This document shows positions 38,739 to 51,118 of a DNA stretch of 64,000 nucleotides, piece by piece. The stretch is taken from contig NC_092678.1 in the NCBI RefSeq assembly GCF_964355755.1, positions 822,422 to 886,421 on the forward strand. Reading direction: 5' to 3'. Made by a program: the position numbers and the translations under genes. Positions within the stretch are counted from its first letter, which is position 1; each line of letters begins with the position of its first letter. The stretch is from Antedon mediterranea. Lineage: Eukaryota > Animalia > Echinodermata. The notes beneath the pieces are model-generated. The model saw only the letters and a program-made list of their open reading frames with translations, searched no databases and had not been told where the DNA came from.

Positions 38739-41700
38739 TTACAGTTCCGATACTTGAATATTAATTCCAGCGGTCATATGTCCGTTCATAGGCTCAACGC
38801 CACCTTCTGTAGGTGAGGGTAGAAATGTTGGGTTTATTATTCCGACCATAACTGTTCCATTTTCAGTAGTTGATGTTGATGGCCGATCTACAGACCTCAA
38901 TGACTTAGTCGGCCGATGATGAGTGCGAGGTAATGGCGTTGGTTTTGGATGGTCAACTGACCTACTTCGTTGACCGCTTGGTGCAGCACCATTTGGCAAA
39001 CCCAATCGACCATTTGTTTGGCCACCACCTTGACTGACCACGTATTTTAATGACGTGGGTCGTTTAGATCCAGGTGGCGGGGGTGGAGGTGGGTCCGAAT
39101 TTGGCAGTTCATAGTTCGAATCGACCTCTGTCTCGATGGGAGGAACGTCATATAAATGTGTTCTTTTTCGATTTGGGTATTTCATATAAATGCCCTTGTT
39201 AGTCTCGGGGGGTAGGCTGCGAGGCCTCGATAAACTACGTGTCATAGGGATCTGTAATAGCATAGAAGATTTCTGTTCAGAAATACATGAGGGACAGCGG
39301 TGTGGCAGCTTAGGCGGTCGTCGTGATGACGGCGGTAATGTTTTACTTTTAACTAACGCAAATTGTGGTAGTTCCTCGTATATTGGAGATCTAAACACAG
39401 AGCTTTGATGACTGCACACTGATATTGTGGATGACATGTAGATATCCTCTTGAATTTCTTTTTCTTTTTGTTGTTTTCTAGAAGAAAAAAATACAGTTTT
39501 ACTTATAATATTTAATAATTGAATAAATCCTGCTTTGTTTAAAAATCTGTTTAAATGCAGTCACTTAGCAATATTATCCAATTAATTTAAGCAAACTAAA
39601 ACGGTTTATTTTTTATTTTTAAGTATTGCTACTTTGAACTTACCTTTTGTAACAATATAAACATATGAATAATAAAACTACGATTATTAATGCCCCACCG
39701 GCAACAAACAAAGCATACTGAGGAATGTATATACCTAGAAAAAAACCAAAACAAATACAGTGCAATTAGTATGCGGCAAATAATAAAATAGAATGGAAAA
39801 ACAGCGTGCTCTATATCGTCACACAAAAATGTTCAAAATGTCTATTTTAGCAACGACCACAGCGCACAGCGTGTTTTACTTTTAATGCAACTCAAACGCG
39901 TAGTGATTAACGTTTGTTATTTTTTTGTTATAATTATGTGAGACGAAATAAATGAAATGAAATGAAATGAAATGACATGGAGCAGAAAAAAGAGCGCCCT
40001 CTATAACGTCACACACGAATGTTCACAAATCGATAAAGTTTTGCGTCGTACACGGCGGCAATTGCGTACCGCGCGCGGTCAAAATTAAACCCTCAAAGAC
40101 TAACTACACTACTATAATAATCAAACCTAGTCAGGATTAAAAGAAAATAAATTCGCCACTAAATTCACTAAAAGACATGGTGAAAATATTTACCGGACTT
40201 TGTACATTGTAGCTGTGTACCAGACCATTCACCGTTAGCGCCACATTCTCGTTGGCGGTCTCCTGACGCTCTATCAAACCCATCCTGGCAGTCAAACGTA
40301 ACACTATCACCTGTCTTATATACGGCCATGTTGTTGCTAATGACAACCACGTCTTGAGGTGTGTCCAATGACTCGCATGTAGCCCCTGTATTCAATCAAC
40401 AATAAAAATACAATTTGTTAGTTAAGTCTTTCATAATCCAGTTTGACTGGCCTTTGTGTTGTCTTAGTGTGAGACTATAATAAATAAATATACTACTAAA
40501 ATACTCACTTGTCGGCGGTGCGTTTGTTGAAGTTGTCGTTGGTAAATTATTCGTGGAGTGCGAGCCATTTGTAGGTTGGACTGGGATCTCAGTGGTTGTA
40601 TCAACTGTTACTAAATAATGATAGAAATGATACATTTTGTTTATATGAGGCGAGTTTTAACGAGGCTTGTAGCATTAAAACCAATTTAAACAGACGAGCG
40701 GTAATAAAAAAATATAGAACCTATGTTATGTGTTTACACACAACGCGGAGCGGACGAAGTTTCCACTCCGTATAGTTACATATTCTACGTGGGACAAGCT
40801 AAGCGGTTTTCCGCTTACAGTTACCGCTCGTCGGTGTAAATTGGCATTTAGTCTGTGCTAAACACATTGACAATAAAAAAGTGTTTTACGAACCTGTCCG
40901 GCAGCAAACAGCTACGGCCCATATACCTTCGCCTCCAGTACCATATGCACTGCATACGTTGCTGTCTGTGGATGAATAACAATCAAATAAAAAACGTTCA
41001 GTCATAAACACATTCTTCCTTTAGTCGTTACTAATTATCCATCATATATTTACTCTTCCATATATTTTTAAACCCATTCATCGTTAATCTACCTGCACCC
41101 ATAACTCCTTGCATCACTTACCAATGATTGCACCTTTCGGGTTACTTAATGTCTCGTTACTGGTGTGGACATTACAACCGGTCATCGTCCAGCCCGGGTT
41201 ACAATTTACTCCGACCAATACACTCCTGGATGATGTCTTCACGTGACATTCAAGACCTGGTGCTCGACAACATGCTGCATTTGGGGCTAAAGATTACAAC
41301 ATAAAGATGTAAATAAAGAACATAGAGGGCGTGATGTTAACACACTGCTGATTATTCTATTATCAAATTCTTTTCATAAGATTCAATTCATTAGATTCAA
41401 TTCATTTTCATAAATGTTTCTAAGCGCTTTACACACAAAACAGAAAGAATTATTAAAAAAACATTGATATTAACATTGCTATTCTTGGCCGGCTGGCCGG
41501 AACATCAAGAAGCATTTGTTACGTCGAATTCTTTAGTATTTACTTATTTATTTACTTATACTTACTGATTGATCGACAGCTGTAAGCATTACACATGTTG
41601 TTATTTAATTCCTCCTCTGCATTACTACTTATTGATGAGGGCGTTATGCCCGATACTCCTGGACTTGCACCTCGAACACATGAAAAATGAGAATGCGCCA

Positions 41701-42973
41701 TACAACCTAAGAAGTACGCAAATAATACGTACGCACAAATCAAAAACAATTATAGCATGTTCAATAAAACGTTTTTGTAAATATTTGTTGTTTACATTAT
41801 ATTTAGGCAAATTGCCAAGGATGACCATAAGTGAATTTATTCACTATCCTTCTTAAAGGTGGCAATCCTGTTCAAAAGAGATACGTCATATACACAAGAT
41901 GCTGTACATAAACAGTCTTAGTAAACAACGATATGGATATTTATCCGACATGATGTAGTGAATTATGATTGAGTTTGTAGAATAGGGACGGCTATCCTGA
42001 TGCATGACGTCGTGTCGGGCACGTACGTGGGGCATATAATAATCTACGTAATTTGTTACTCTTACCAACAGCTACGTCATCATCATTTGGACAGGTGACA
42101 CTGTTTACTCCATGTGTATCTAAATCGCCGATACTTGAGGGCGTAGATGGATAGGAACACTGCATGCCCGTCCACGTGCAGCACCTAGCGTACGCTATAA
42201 CACCTGTTATATAATAACAAACAAATAAGGGGGAAATAATGATATAGTCTATGTAATGGTTACATGTACATATCCATCTACAATAATCCATCTACTTTTG
42301 GTCCATTATTCAATCCAAAAAAAAATTGTTTTACACATTATAGTCTTAATACAAATGGAATCAAAGAGTAATAGAATAAACAAATTGTTTCTATAGACAA
42401 TCTTAGTATTGTCTATAGAAAAGAGGAAGTAACATGTAATTGTTCAATTACTGATGACGTAATTATAAGCACATTTTAATATGTTGTTTATAATTTATCC
42501 AACTTCTTTATGATGTTAGAAATGGTAACTCATACATACCTCGCCCAAATTTCCCATTGTAAGCTCTACATGTTATAGCGCCATCACCATCTACCTCAAT
42601 CATCTCTCCATCTCGTCTACCTTCATCTACGTCATTTTCACCGAATGACAAACATGACGTCATAACCTCATTATCTCTACATCTTACTTCGCTAAAGTTA
42701 TCATCATCGGTTCCAGACAGCTCTGAATAACTGGTAGTACAGACGGGCTCAGCACTCTGAAAAAACAACAGGGGCCTAAGTTAAACTAGTAACGGTACAA
42801 GGCAAAAAATATGTACGAAAACCAGTAATATGTCAGAGATTAACCCCTAAATTAATCCAGTTTAATCTGGTATGCTGATCTACATCCGGGGATTCCTTTT
42901 AACTTACCTGAGAGTATATTGTTTGTATTACCATCAGTGAGATTATTATAAATTGTCGGAAGATCATCTTCAT
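38739..42973 (-). CDS. Type I membrane protein, about 640 aa: signal peptide - PCSK9 C-terminal Cys-rich-like domain (3 modules) - Thr-rich stalk - sushi/CCP - TM - Pro/Tyr-rich cytoplasmic tail
   Basis: Ten phase-compatible GT-AG coding exons: 42908-42973, 42540-42756, 42066-42203, 41566-41706, 41122-41286, 40894-40965, 40509-40610, 40194-40385, 39644-39734 and 38739-39477 (1923 nt, open). Motifs CRAYNGKFGRGVIAYARCC, AACCRAPGLECHVK, CNPGWTMTGC and AVAVCCR parallel PCSK9 CRAHNAFGGEGVYAIARCC, ASCCHAPGLECKVK, CEEGWTLTGC and AVAICCR. Confidence 0.88.
40678..40850. mobile_element. MITE family B (TIR ccaatttaaacagacgagcggtaa / ttaccgctcgtcggtgtaaattgg), intronic
   Basis: Imperfect inverted termini. 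A second copy lies at about 29458-29592. Confidence 0.7.
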
Positions 42974-43178
42974 ATTGCTACGTCACATCCTGAAAATGGT
43001 CTTGTTATCGTAAGCTAGTTGACGGGTTCAGCATTGAAACAAGTACAGGAGTTGTTATTACTAAAACTAGAAAGAGAATAAATAAATAAGCGGAGAGAAA
43101 TCACAAATGAAATAAATCAATAGGAACTGAACTACTTGATTGTAGTATAGTAACAATAACATTGGGTTTACATTGGTT

Positions 43179-43292
43179 AAGTTTGGTTCCCATTGGGCGC
43201 AACGTAAGAACGTAAATACAAGCTTGTAATTGGTCAACTAACGTGCGCCCTGCCTACGTAATTGCGTTACGTGCAAGTGGAAACCAAGCTTT
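43179..43292. mobile_element. MITE family C (aagcttggttccca...tgggaaccaagctt; internal ttgaccaatcac/gtgattggtcaa); further copies at about 50174-50302, 51768-51878, 55283-55425, 57425-57530 and 62155-62312
   Basis: A recurrent palindromic short element in introns and intergenic DNA. Confidence 0.65.
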
Positions 43293-45127
43293 AAGATGGG
43301 CTTGTAAATTTGGAATAGATCTACTATCATTTAAAATCACGAAAGCCGATAGAAAGACGATATCTTATAAATCTATAAAGAGTACTAGTTCAATACGTTA
43401 TTAAAAATGTAAATTGTAAAGGGTTGGACACGTCAAGTGGATAACAGGCAAACCACATGATACCTGCTTTCTTTTAATGAATTGTTATCAAACGTTTTAC
43501 TTGGATACATTTGAACAATGTTGATGTCTTAATCACAGAATTGAACTCTCCACAGTGAACTGATCACCTGGAAATGGAAGGCTTTGTGACTCGATTCAAA
43601 AAGATTCAATTGAATAGAACCGAAACATACAACAACAAATTGGGATAAAAAGACTGAAAATAACAGACTGCATTGGTAATCACGTAGGCGGCGATGATAT
43701 ACCGGATGACAGCAGACAGTATACAAACGAAGAACCTCAATGGTTTAGATGTAATCTTTTTACTGTCTATAATAAGCGTCCTCGTGGTAGGCCTATCTAG
43801 TGTAGCAAAAATACTGTTATACTAAAGTAAGCCTACATCCCCATCGTACTCGCCCCCCTCCGACGACTTTTTCAGGGCGAGGGGTTTAGTGTGGTTTGGT
43901 TGCTACATTCTGGAAGACGTAATTTGAAGGAATCATAAATCATAACACTATTTCACACCCTTGAGTTATTACCAAACCATATACTGTATTGAATTCTCCA
44001 TCATTTTAAATTAACAATCTATAAGTAGAACCCGTATTAAGGAGACACCTTGGACACCCAGCAAATGTCCCCTTTAGAGGAGTGTTCATAAAGAGATGGA
44101 TTCTATAACAATTTAAATTGTCAACCAATCATGACATTCGTTTTAAACATTGTTTGGAGTTTTTCTCTAGGTTACACGATGATAGATGGAGACGGTCTAT
44201 TTTTATACCTCCATGGAAAAATAGTGTAGGCCTAGTACAGTTGTTATATCTTTTATGCAGTATTTCCGAAATAAACACACTGAGATGTTTGTTAAAATGT
44301 GTTTATTTGCAGCCTTCTACTCATTTTTCTCGTAAGGCATCTATGAGAGATACCGCCATTGTGATAGTACTCCATATGCTTTCGTATTCAATGTGTGTTA
44401 ATACTGTATATTCATCAACCATTTATGAAAAATAAATAATTATAATATCCAGCCATTAGGCCTATCGTTAAAGTGCGTTCACACTTCATAGCTGATCTGG
44501 GCCTCGATCCGTGGTTAAATAAAGAATATTTACTATGTTAGCGTGTGTGAAAGGGTACAAATTATTATAAATATTATCAGAAATATTCGAATATTAAGTA
44601 CACCTGTGTAAAATAGATTAAATGATAATAAGCGTAAGTATATACTCACAATGGATTCCGTTATCAACAGTCAGTAGCCCATAAAATGTAAGTCTAATCT
44701 AAAAATGACACGGTCACAATTAAGATATTGCATCTGTTATTAAACTTACCTTCATATATCAAAATATATAATATCCAAATAATAAAATTACTTAAAATTA
44801 ATATCCGTAATATTGATAAGAAGGTCGATATTATCGTTACATTATGTACTGGGCTCTATCAAGAGATATCATTATTGTATATGTATAAAATGGGCGAGGG
44901 TTGGCAGCATTTTCTAGTGATGATGTCAGAGCGTGTTGCGCGTATAATAATAGAATTAATCAAGCGTAATGTACGTCCTATTGAAATAATTGTATAGAGC
45001 CTTACCTTCACAACAATGCTAAATCCTACTCTATTTACTCCATGCTTTAGGCTAACAATCAAGAACCATAGGTAAATTATGAGGCATTCAAAGGGTACTG
45101 TGTATTGGAATATCTTTACGGTTCGAT

Positions 45128-45362
45128 GGGAAACCCCGTGTGACGTCAGGTACACGCGAGTGGTACACGCGCGCGCTTAATAAACCACGTTTATTACAGG
45201 TATACATATAATAGGTATACGTATAAATGACGCATAGACTGCAACCAATCGATGACTGCTTATAGCGAGGGGAGGGGATATACGAGAGGTGTTGCGCAGG
45301 AAAAACGTCACTACAAACTTACTAGTGCGATGAGGATTTGAAACGTATTTGCCGTGACGTCA
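45128..45362. promoter_or_regulatory. Candidate promoter of the PCSK9-CHRD receptor gene: NF-kB-like site plus two full CRE palindromes
   Basis: gggaaacccc at 45128-45137, tgacgtca at 45141-45148 and 45355-45362, a CpG-rich patch and ccaat near 45245. Candidate minus-strand UTR-exon donors lie at about 45005 and 44749. Confidence 0.35.
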
Positions 45363-45647
45363 TCACGGCGTAAAAAACAACACCATACAAAGGCCTATAC
45401 TTACTCTATTTAAATACGGTATGTTATGTTAATAAGATAAATAAATATGGTTTTATTCTACGTTGCAATATGTACAAATCATACGTCATAGTAACGGACT
45501 TAAAGTATCCTTATAACAGTACAGACTTAATTATGACAATTTATAAGTTTATTCAGGAATGATTTAACTTTTGTCCGAATTTACTTTAATTAACTTAACT
45601 ATTTTAATAAATAATGTTTTTCTTTCAGATTTTTATTCATTGGAAAA

Positions 45648-48600
45648 CTAATGTACTATAAAATTAGGCAGGTAGTTGGGTTGGACATAGTCGTCGGTCT
45701 CGACTATGACGTTATTTTTCGAGCGGCGGCGTTCATACGCGACGACGACATTAAACTCGTCTTCTTCTTCTTCGTGTTTTTCTGGTTCTTGTGACGGCAG
45801 TTCTTTATTAGAGTCACGTGACGTCGTGTGTTCTTGAGTGGTGTTTCTTCCAACTTGTCGATATCCTGTACTTAGTCTAACTGGATTCAGGTCATCAAAT
45901 GTTTCACACGATTCCGTTTGTTGCGGAGGAGAAGCCGATGACTTATATTCAGCCATAACCGAAGAAAACTAGCAAAAAGAGACAAATTACTTACTGCAGT
46001 AAAGGCAATGTTTTTAAAGAAATATTGAATATTGTCACATAAAATAATATTTTGGTGGTTATAAAGAAAAATAAACATATTCATGATTGCACTTTAGTCT
46101 GCGCATGTGCATATGTTTCTAAGTTCACAGAAAGTCTTTTCGACTTGACATGCTGTGTAGTCGCGGCGAGCAGCGTCGTAAAAAAACAAAAACCGGGTCG
46201 CAAGTGGTCAAAAGCATGCTTACCCAGTGTGGTAGATGAAATCGACGTCTATGCTCAAACACACGAAGGAACTTAACTACAGCGACTGAGGCGAACAGGA
46301 TGACGACGACAGCACATGTGAACAGAGTGTGCGCCAACGACCAAGACGACGACGCAGTGACGTCAGCAACTCTCAAATAGTCTATAAACACAAAGTATTA
46401 TACAGTGTTTTATTACGATTTATGCTGTAGGCCTATATGTGTGTTTGTAATTGAAATCACATGAAGGACTTGTCGATTCTCTGTTATGTTACATATTGTA
46501 TCACATGTGATGCCTGTATCATATCCAATAACGTATACAGGCTCCATGGTCACACTCAGCCGACTGAAACAGTGCAAAACACACCATTATTAACATATCC
46601 TGCAGTAGGCTACTGAGTTGGACCATGGTTTGGTATTGAAGCAAAGAGAGACATGTGATGCCTGTATCATACCCATTAACATATTACAGGCCCCATGGCC
46701 ACACACACCAGTAGCTGGTGAGTTGGACAATGGTTTGGTATTGAAGCAAAGAGAGGCATGTGATGCCTGTATCATACCCATTAACATATTACAGGCCCCA
46801 TGGCCACACACCATTAGCTGGTGAGTTGGACAATGGTTTGGTATTGAAGCAAAGATAGACATGTGATGCCTGTATCATACCCATTAACATATTACAGGCC
46901 CCATGGCCATAATTAGCTGGTGAGTTGGACTATGCTTTGGTATTGAAGCAAAGATAGTTAATTGCATCAAGGACCCGGATGTGACGCAGGTGCTAATCAT
47001 ATTACGTAATAACAATGTATTTTACCATAATAAATGTTTAACGTTGATTATGATAAAAATGTACGTGATCAATTAATGTTAAAGTTAAAATTAAAAACCA
47101 GCTGCAATGCGAGAACTCTTACATAGAGGGATGGGAACAAGAGAGGGCGATCGGTCACAATACAATGACATGACATAAATAACATTAATGTTGCACATTA
47201 ATTCACCTTTGACCTGCTGAGTAGCATCATGTTCTTCATCATCAGCATTATGAGAATGTGTATAAATATTGGTGACGTCATCAATAACACTAACCGTTCC
47301 GTCATCTCTTAACTTAAACTTCCTCGTGGAGGGCGGTGCAGGACTTAGTGTTCCCGAAAGTACAGAAGTGACTTGTGCTATTTACACTGATTCTGGTTCT
47401 AGAAAAATGTCATTCACGTAGTATGTATTTGTCGGCTCTGGCGTGTACAATTCATCAATCTATTGATCAAAAACAAGACGAAAATGTTGGTAAAAATAAT
47501 GTTATAAATGTTCAAAGATCGGTTGATAATATTATAACGGTAACGGTCGCCAATTTAATTCAAAAGTACTGTATCATGAACTTAGACACTATTTTAAACA
47601 TCGGCTGGGGACGGATAGATTAAATAAATAATCAATAATAAATTAATAATCAATTAATAATAATAATGTAATTATAATGCTCTATACCCATACTAAAGCT
47701 CTGTCCACATTATCAAACTTAATGTGATACTAAAATGTGATGTGCTCATATATGGACATGATGATGTCATATCACTACCATATTTGGGCATATTACACTT
47801 TGTCAAATTAGTTTGATAGTGTAGAGAGAGCTTTAGGCTGCCTACCTGTAATCCTTCTGGGCCCATAATGATTATGTTTGCTTCCAGAAGATATACTAAG
47901 TTCAATTCTTCATTGTCGACGCGCATTGGGACATTAGTGTCACCAACCAAATAAGGTGTTGTTGGAAACAACAAGGTAAACACCAATGTGTCATTGTTTA
48001 TCAAACTAATGTTATTGATGTCCGGAGCTCCAATGACACCTGGATTTAAAACAAAAACCATGCTTGATATTTAATTTGTGTTTTAATATTGTAAATACTG
48101 GTAATATCTTTTTATAAGTGTTTTTATTAAAAAAAATTAATAAAAAAATTAATGTGAAAGAAGCAATCAAGGAGTTTCAATGCAATCACACCGTCAGCGA
48201 ATCACAAAGTCTACGCGCGCGTGCACAATTCTGATAATTACTACGCGTTTTATGCGCACAAAATTCAAGTGATGTTTTTTTTCATGTCACTGACAATTTG
48301 ACATCATACTTTCGGTTTTTGTTTACAAAAAATAAGCTCCATCTTCTTTGTTGCTTAAAAGTGCATAAGTTTTAAGTAGCAACTTTTTTTTCTTTTTCTT
48401 TTATCTTTCGCACCTGTCTCTCTCTGTATTTGTTTAGAATCATCTTCTGATTGCTTTTGATTACTTCGGAATGCACGATTTTAGAATGATGTCTCCGCGG
48501 CACTTATTAGTTTCACTGCGGAAGTCGAAAGGAACAATTCAAACGCAATGATCGATAAATAAAAAGTACAAATCATCATTACATATTAGTATAATTTACA

Positions 48601-49889
48601 GGTTATGTTGAAGACTTCCTTTTAATAACGATAAAAACAGAACAAGGCCAAGGTCGATAATATTTTACGTTTAGCGGGCACAACATTTTAAATCTTGCCT
48701 CTTCGGTTTTGTCTTTTGTTATTATGTAATATACGATACCATGCTAACTGTGTTTTGTCATCTTATGTTTAAGAAAATAAAATATATATTTGTGCTACCA
48801 GAACATTCCCTGAACATTATTTAAAAACTTATAAAAGATGACTCCAAAAAAGGTTTGCTCCTTTGACAAAATGTAGGCGGATATATTTTGACAAATATAC
48901 GGCCTCTCATCGGACATAAGACATCTTATCTTACCAATATATGAAAAGATCAAATTAAAAATTTAATAAGTAGGCCTACCTAAGTACCTAAGTACCTAAG
49001 TGTAGATTGTGTGCTAAGAACACAAACTCACCATCTTTTACTGGGTTGTGTTCGGCAGCTTCAACCCATTCACTGAATGTTCTATTTTGGCTGTAGTAGG
49101 TCCTCACTCGTGCGAAGATCGGAGCTTGCACCACAATGTACCCATTCTCCATCTTCATTTTACAAATTGTTGTTGATATGTTCTGACACATCTTTTCTAT
49201 TTTCCATGGCCTGAATTAAAATAACATTTGTAACATTTAAGCTTGTTTCCCATTATATGATTATTATAAGTACAACGCGCAACACAACAACGCGCGACGC
49301 AAAGACAACGCGCAACGCAAGGACAAACGCACAGCGCAATGACAACGCGCGACGCACGGACAAACGCAATTACAAACGCGCAGCACAAGTGAGTTGACCA
49401 ATGACATGACTCGGCGTACAAGCCACACTTCGGATAATCATAATTACATCGTGAAGAGTATAACCCAAATTAGGTAATAACAATATTTACTCTCGCAACT
49501 TCTCGCTATTCCTACTTTGGACGGTGTACGTTAGTGTAGCGTTGGTCACTTTTGGTCCGTCCCATGACATCGTGGTGGACAGGTCACGTGTCACAACAGT
49601 CACATTGTAAGGCTCATAAATACCTTGGAAAATAAACATATTAAACAAAAATAAAATATTGAAAGACATATAACAAAATTGCCTATTAGGTAATCGGTTA
49701 GTACGTAAGTCATCTGAATTTAGCACATACCTAAAGCCCTATTACAAACTAGTCCAAGTTAAAACAATATCTTTTATCCTATAATTATTATTTAATTATT
49801 TTATAAACATTTTGCGACATACCTTTAATTCTTTTGACAGATACAGTGAGTGTAATACAGAGAATAACAACACTAGTGGTTGCATGCAT
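45648..49889 (-). CDS. Class II helical cytokine receptor-like (interferon/IL-10 receptor/tissue-factor fold) protein; in-frame TAA at codon 217 as assembled (possible null allele, pseudogene or error)
   Basis: Seven GT-AG exons: 49823-49889 (signal), 49491-49623, 49032-49210, 47846-48039, 47207-47459, 46224-46381 (TM) and 45648-45968. Intron phases are 1-2-1-0-1-0. There are two FNIII domains with PYNVTV..MSW, W...MCQNISTTIC, FSEW and VIGAP..FPTTPY, and no WSXWS. A juxtamembrane LPHWF and a Tyr-containing tail follow. Confidence 0.75.
46503..46955. repeat. About 105-bp tandem repeat (about 4 copies), intronic
   Basis: Units begin acatgtgatgcctgtatcat at about 46503, 46651, 46757 and 46859. 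Confidence 0.9.
47695..47834. mobile_element. MITE family A, complete copy about 10 bp from a splice donor
   Basis: aagctctgtccacattatcaaact ... agtttgatagtgtagagagagctt, flanked by TA. Confidence 0.75.
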
Positions 49890-51118
49890 ATTACACGATG
49901 TTGCAGGTTATTAACACCACTCACAAACACAACACCAACACACCACCACACGAATGATTTTAAACAATTCGGCGAAAGATAAACATTTTCTTTGTATACT
50001 TTAGTTTCGAATCTTATTAACTGCGCGCTTGTTGGTTAGTTTCTGTGACGTAACAACTTGTTCGGAAAGTCTGTTTCAGGTCGAAAAGATATATAATGAC
50101 AGATATTGAAAAAAAAACTATATATGTACTGTAATGTAATAATGTATATGATACTCGGCAACAAATACAACTAAAGCTTGGTTCCCACGCAACTCAAGTA
50201 ATTTGACCAATCACAAAGCAGTGAATTATATGTCGCTTGTGATTGGTCAACTCACGTGCGTTGCGATTACGTCATTGCGTATCGTCCAATTGGGATCGAA
50301 GCAATAAACACGAAGCTCATCTAAATGATGTCTATAGCTATTTGTGTAAATTTCGCTTGTTTTCAATACTCGATTAAAAAAACGACAATTATGGATGGAA
50401 TGGAATTGTTTATTTTAAAAAGATATTCTTTGTTCTTACTTAGATATAATTGATTGAAATGACGTAAAACATTCATTTTACCCTTTTTAGAATGTCTCAA
50501 ATAGATGGATGTAACAGGGATAAATTAATGCAATTAATAATATATTTCACAGCAATTTTGCAAAATACCGAACACGTACAAAACGGTGAAACAACACCTA
50601 TTATATAGTACATTAAATAACATAATAATGTTTAACTGTCTTATACTTATGAAGTTAAATAAAGTGAAAACAGTTTAAATTTATAAAACATTATTCAATA
50701 TCCGGCCGCATTACATCTTTCATAGTCTGTGTAAATCGGTTACAACAAAAAGAGATGACGTGTGCGCTACTTTCCATGACGTGTACGCTAATTTCCCTGA
50801 AGTCTACGCTAAATTCCATGACATCACAAGTAGTACTCAACACTCGTACACTAGTTTTTTAATGTAGTACCGTAACGTACATGGATTTCGTCAACATCCA
50901 AAAGCGCTGCCAACGATACTATAACAATATCTATTTCAAAAGTTCGAATAGGCTCTATAGTATACACGCTTTAACATGAATTAAATTCTTAAGTACAACA
51001 ATGTATAAACACAAATATGTTCTTTTTTTATTATAAAAAATGTACAAGCGAAGGTTTAATGTCTGATGTGCATCAGCTGCCGGCGGCGGCGCACTTTACA
51101 AGCTGCCGGCGGCGCACT

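Noticed and set aside
38739-42973. Calling the gene PCSK9
   Set aside because: It has no inhibitor prodomain or subtilisin catalytic domain and does have sushi, TM and a cytoplasmic tail, so only the C-terminal domain is shared.
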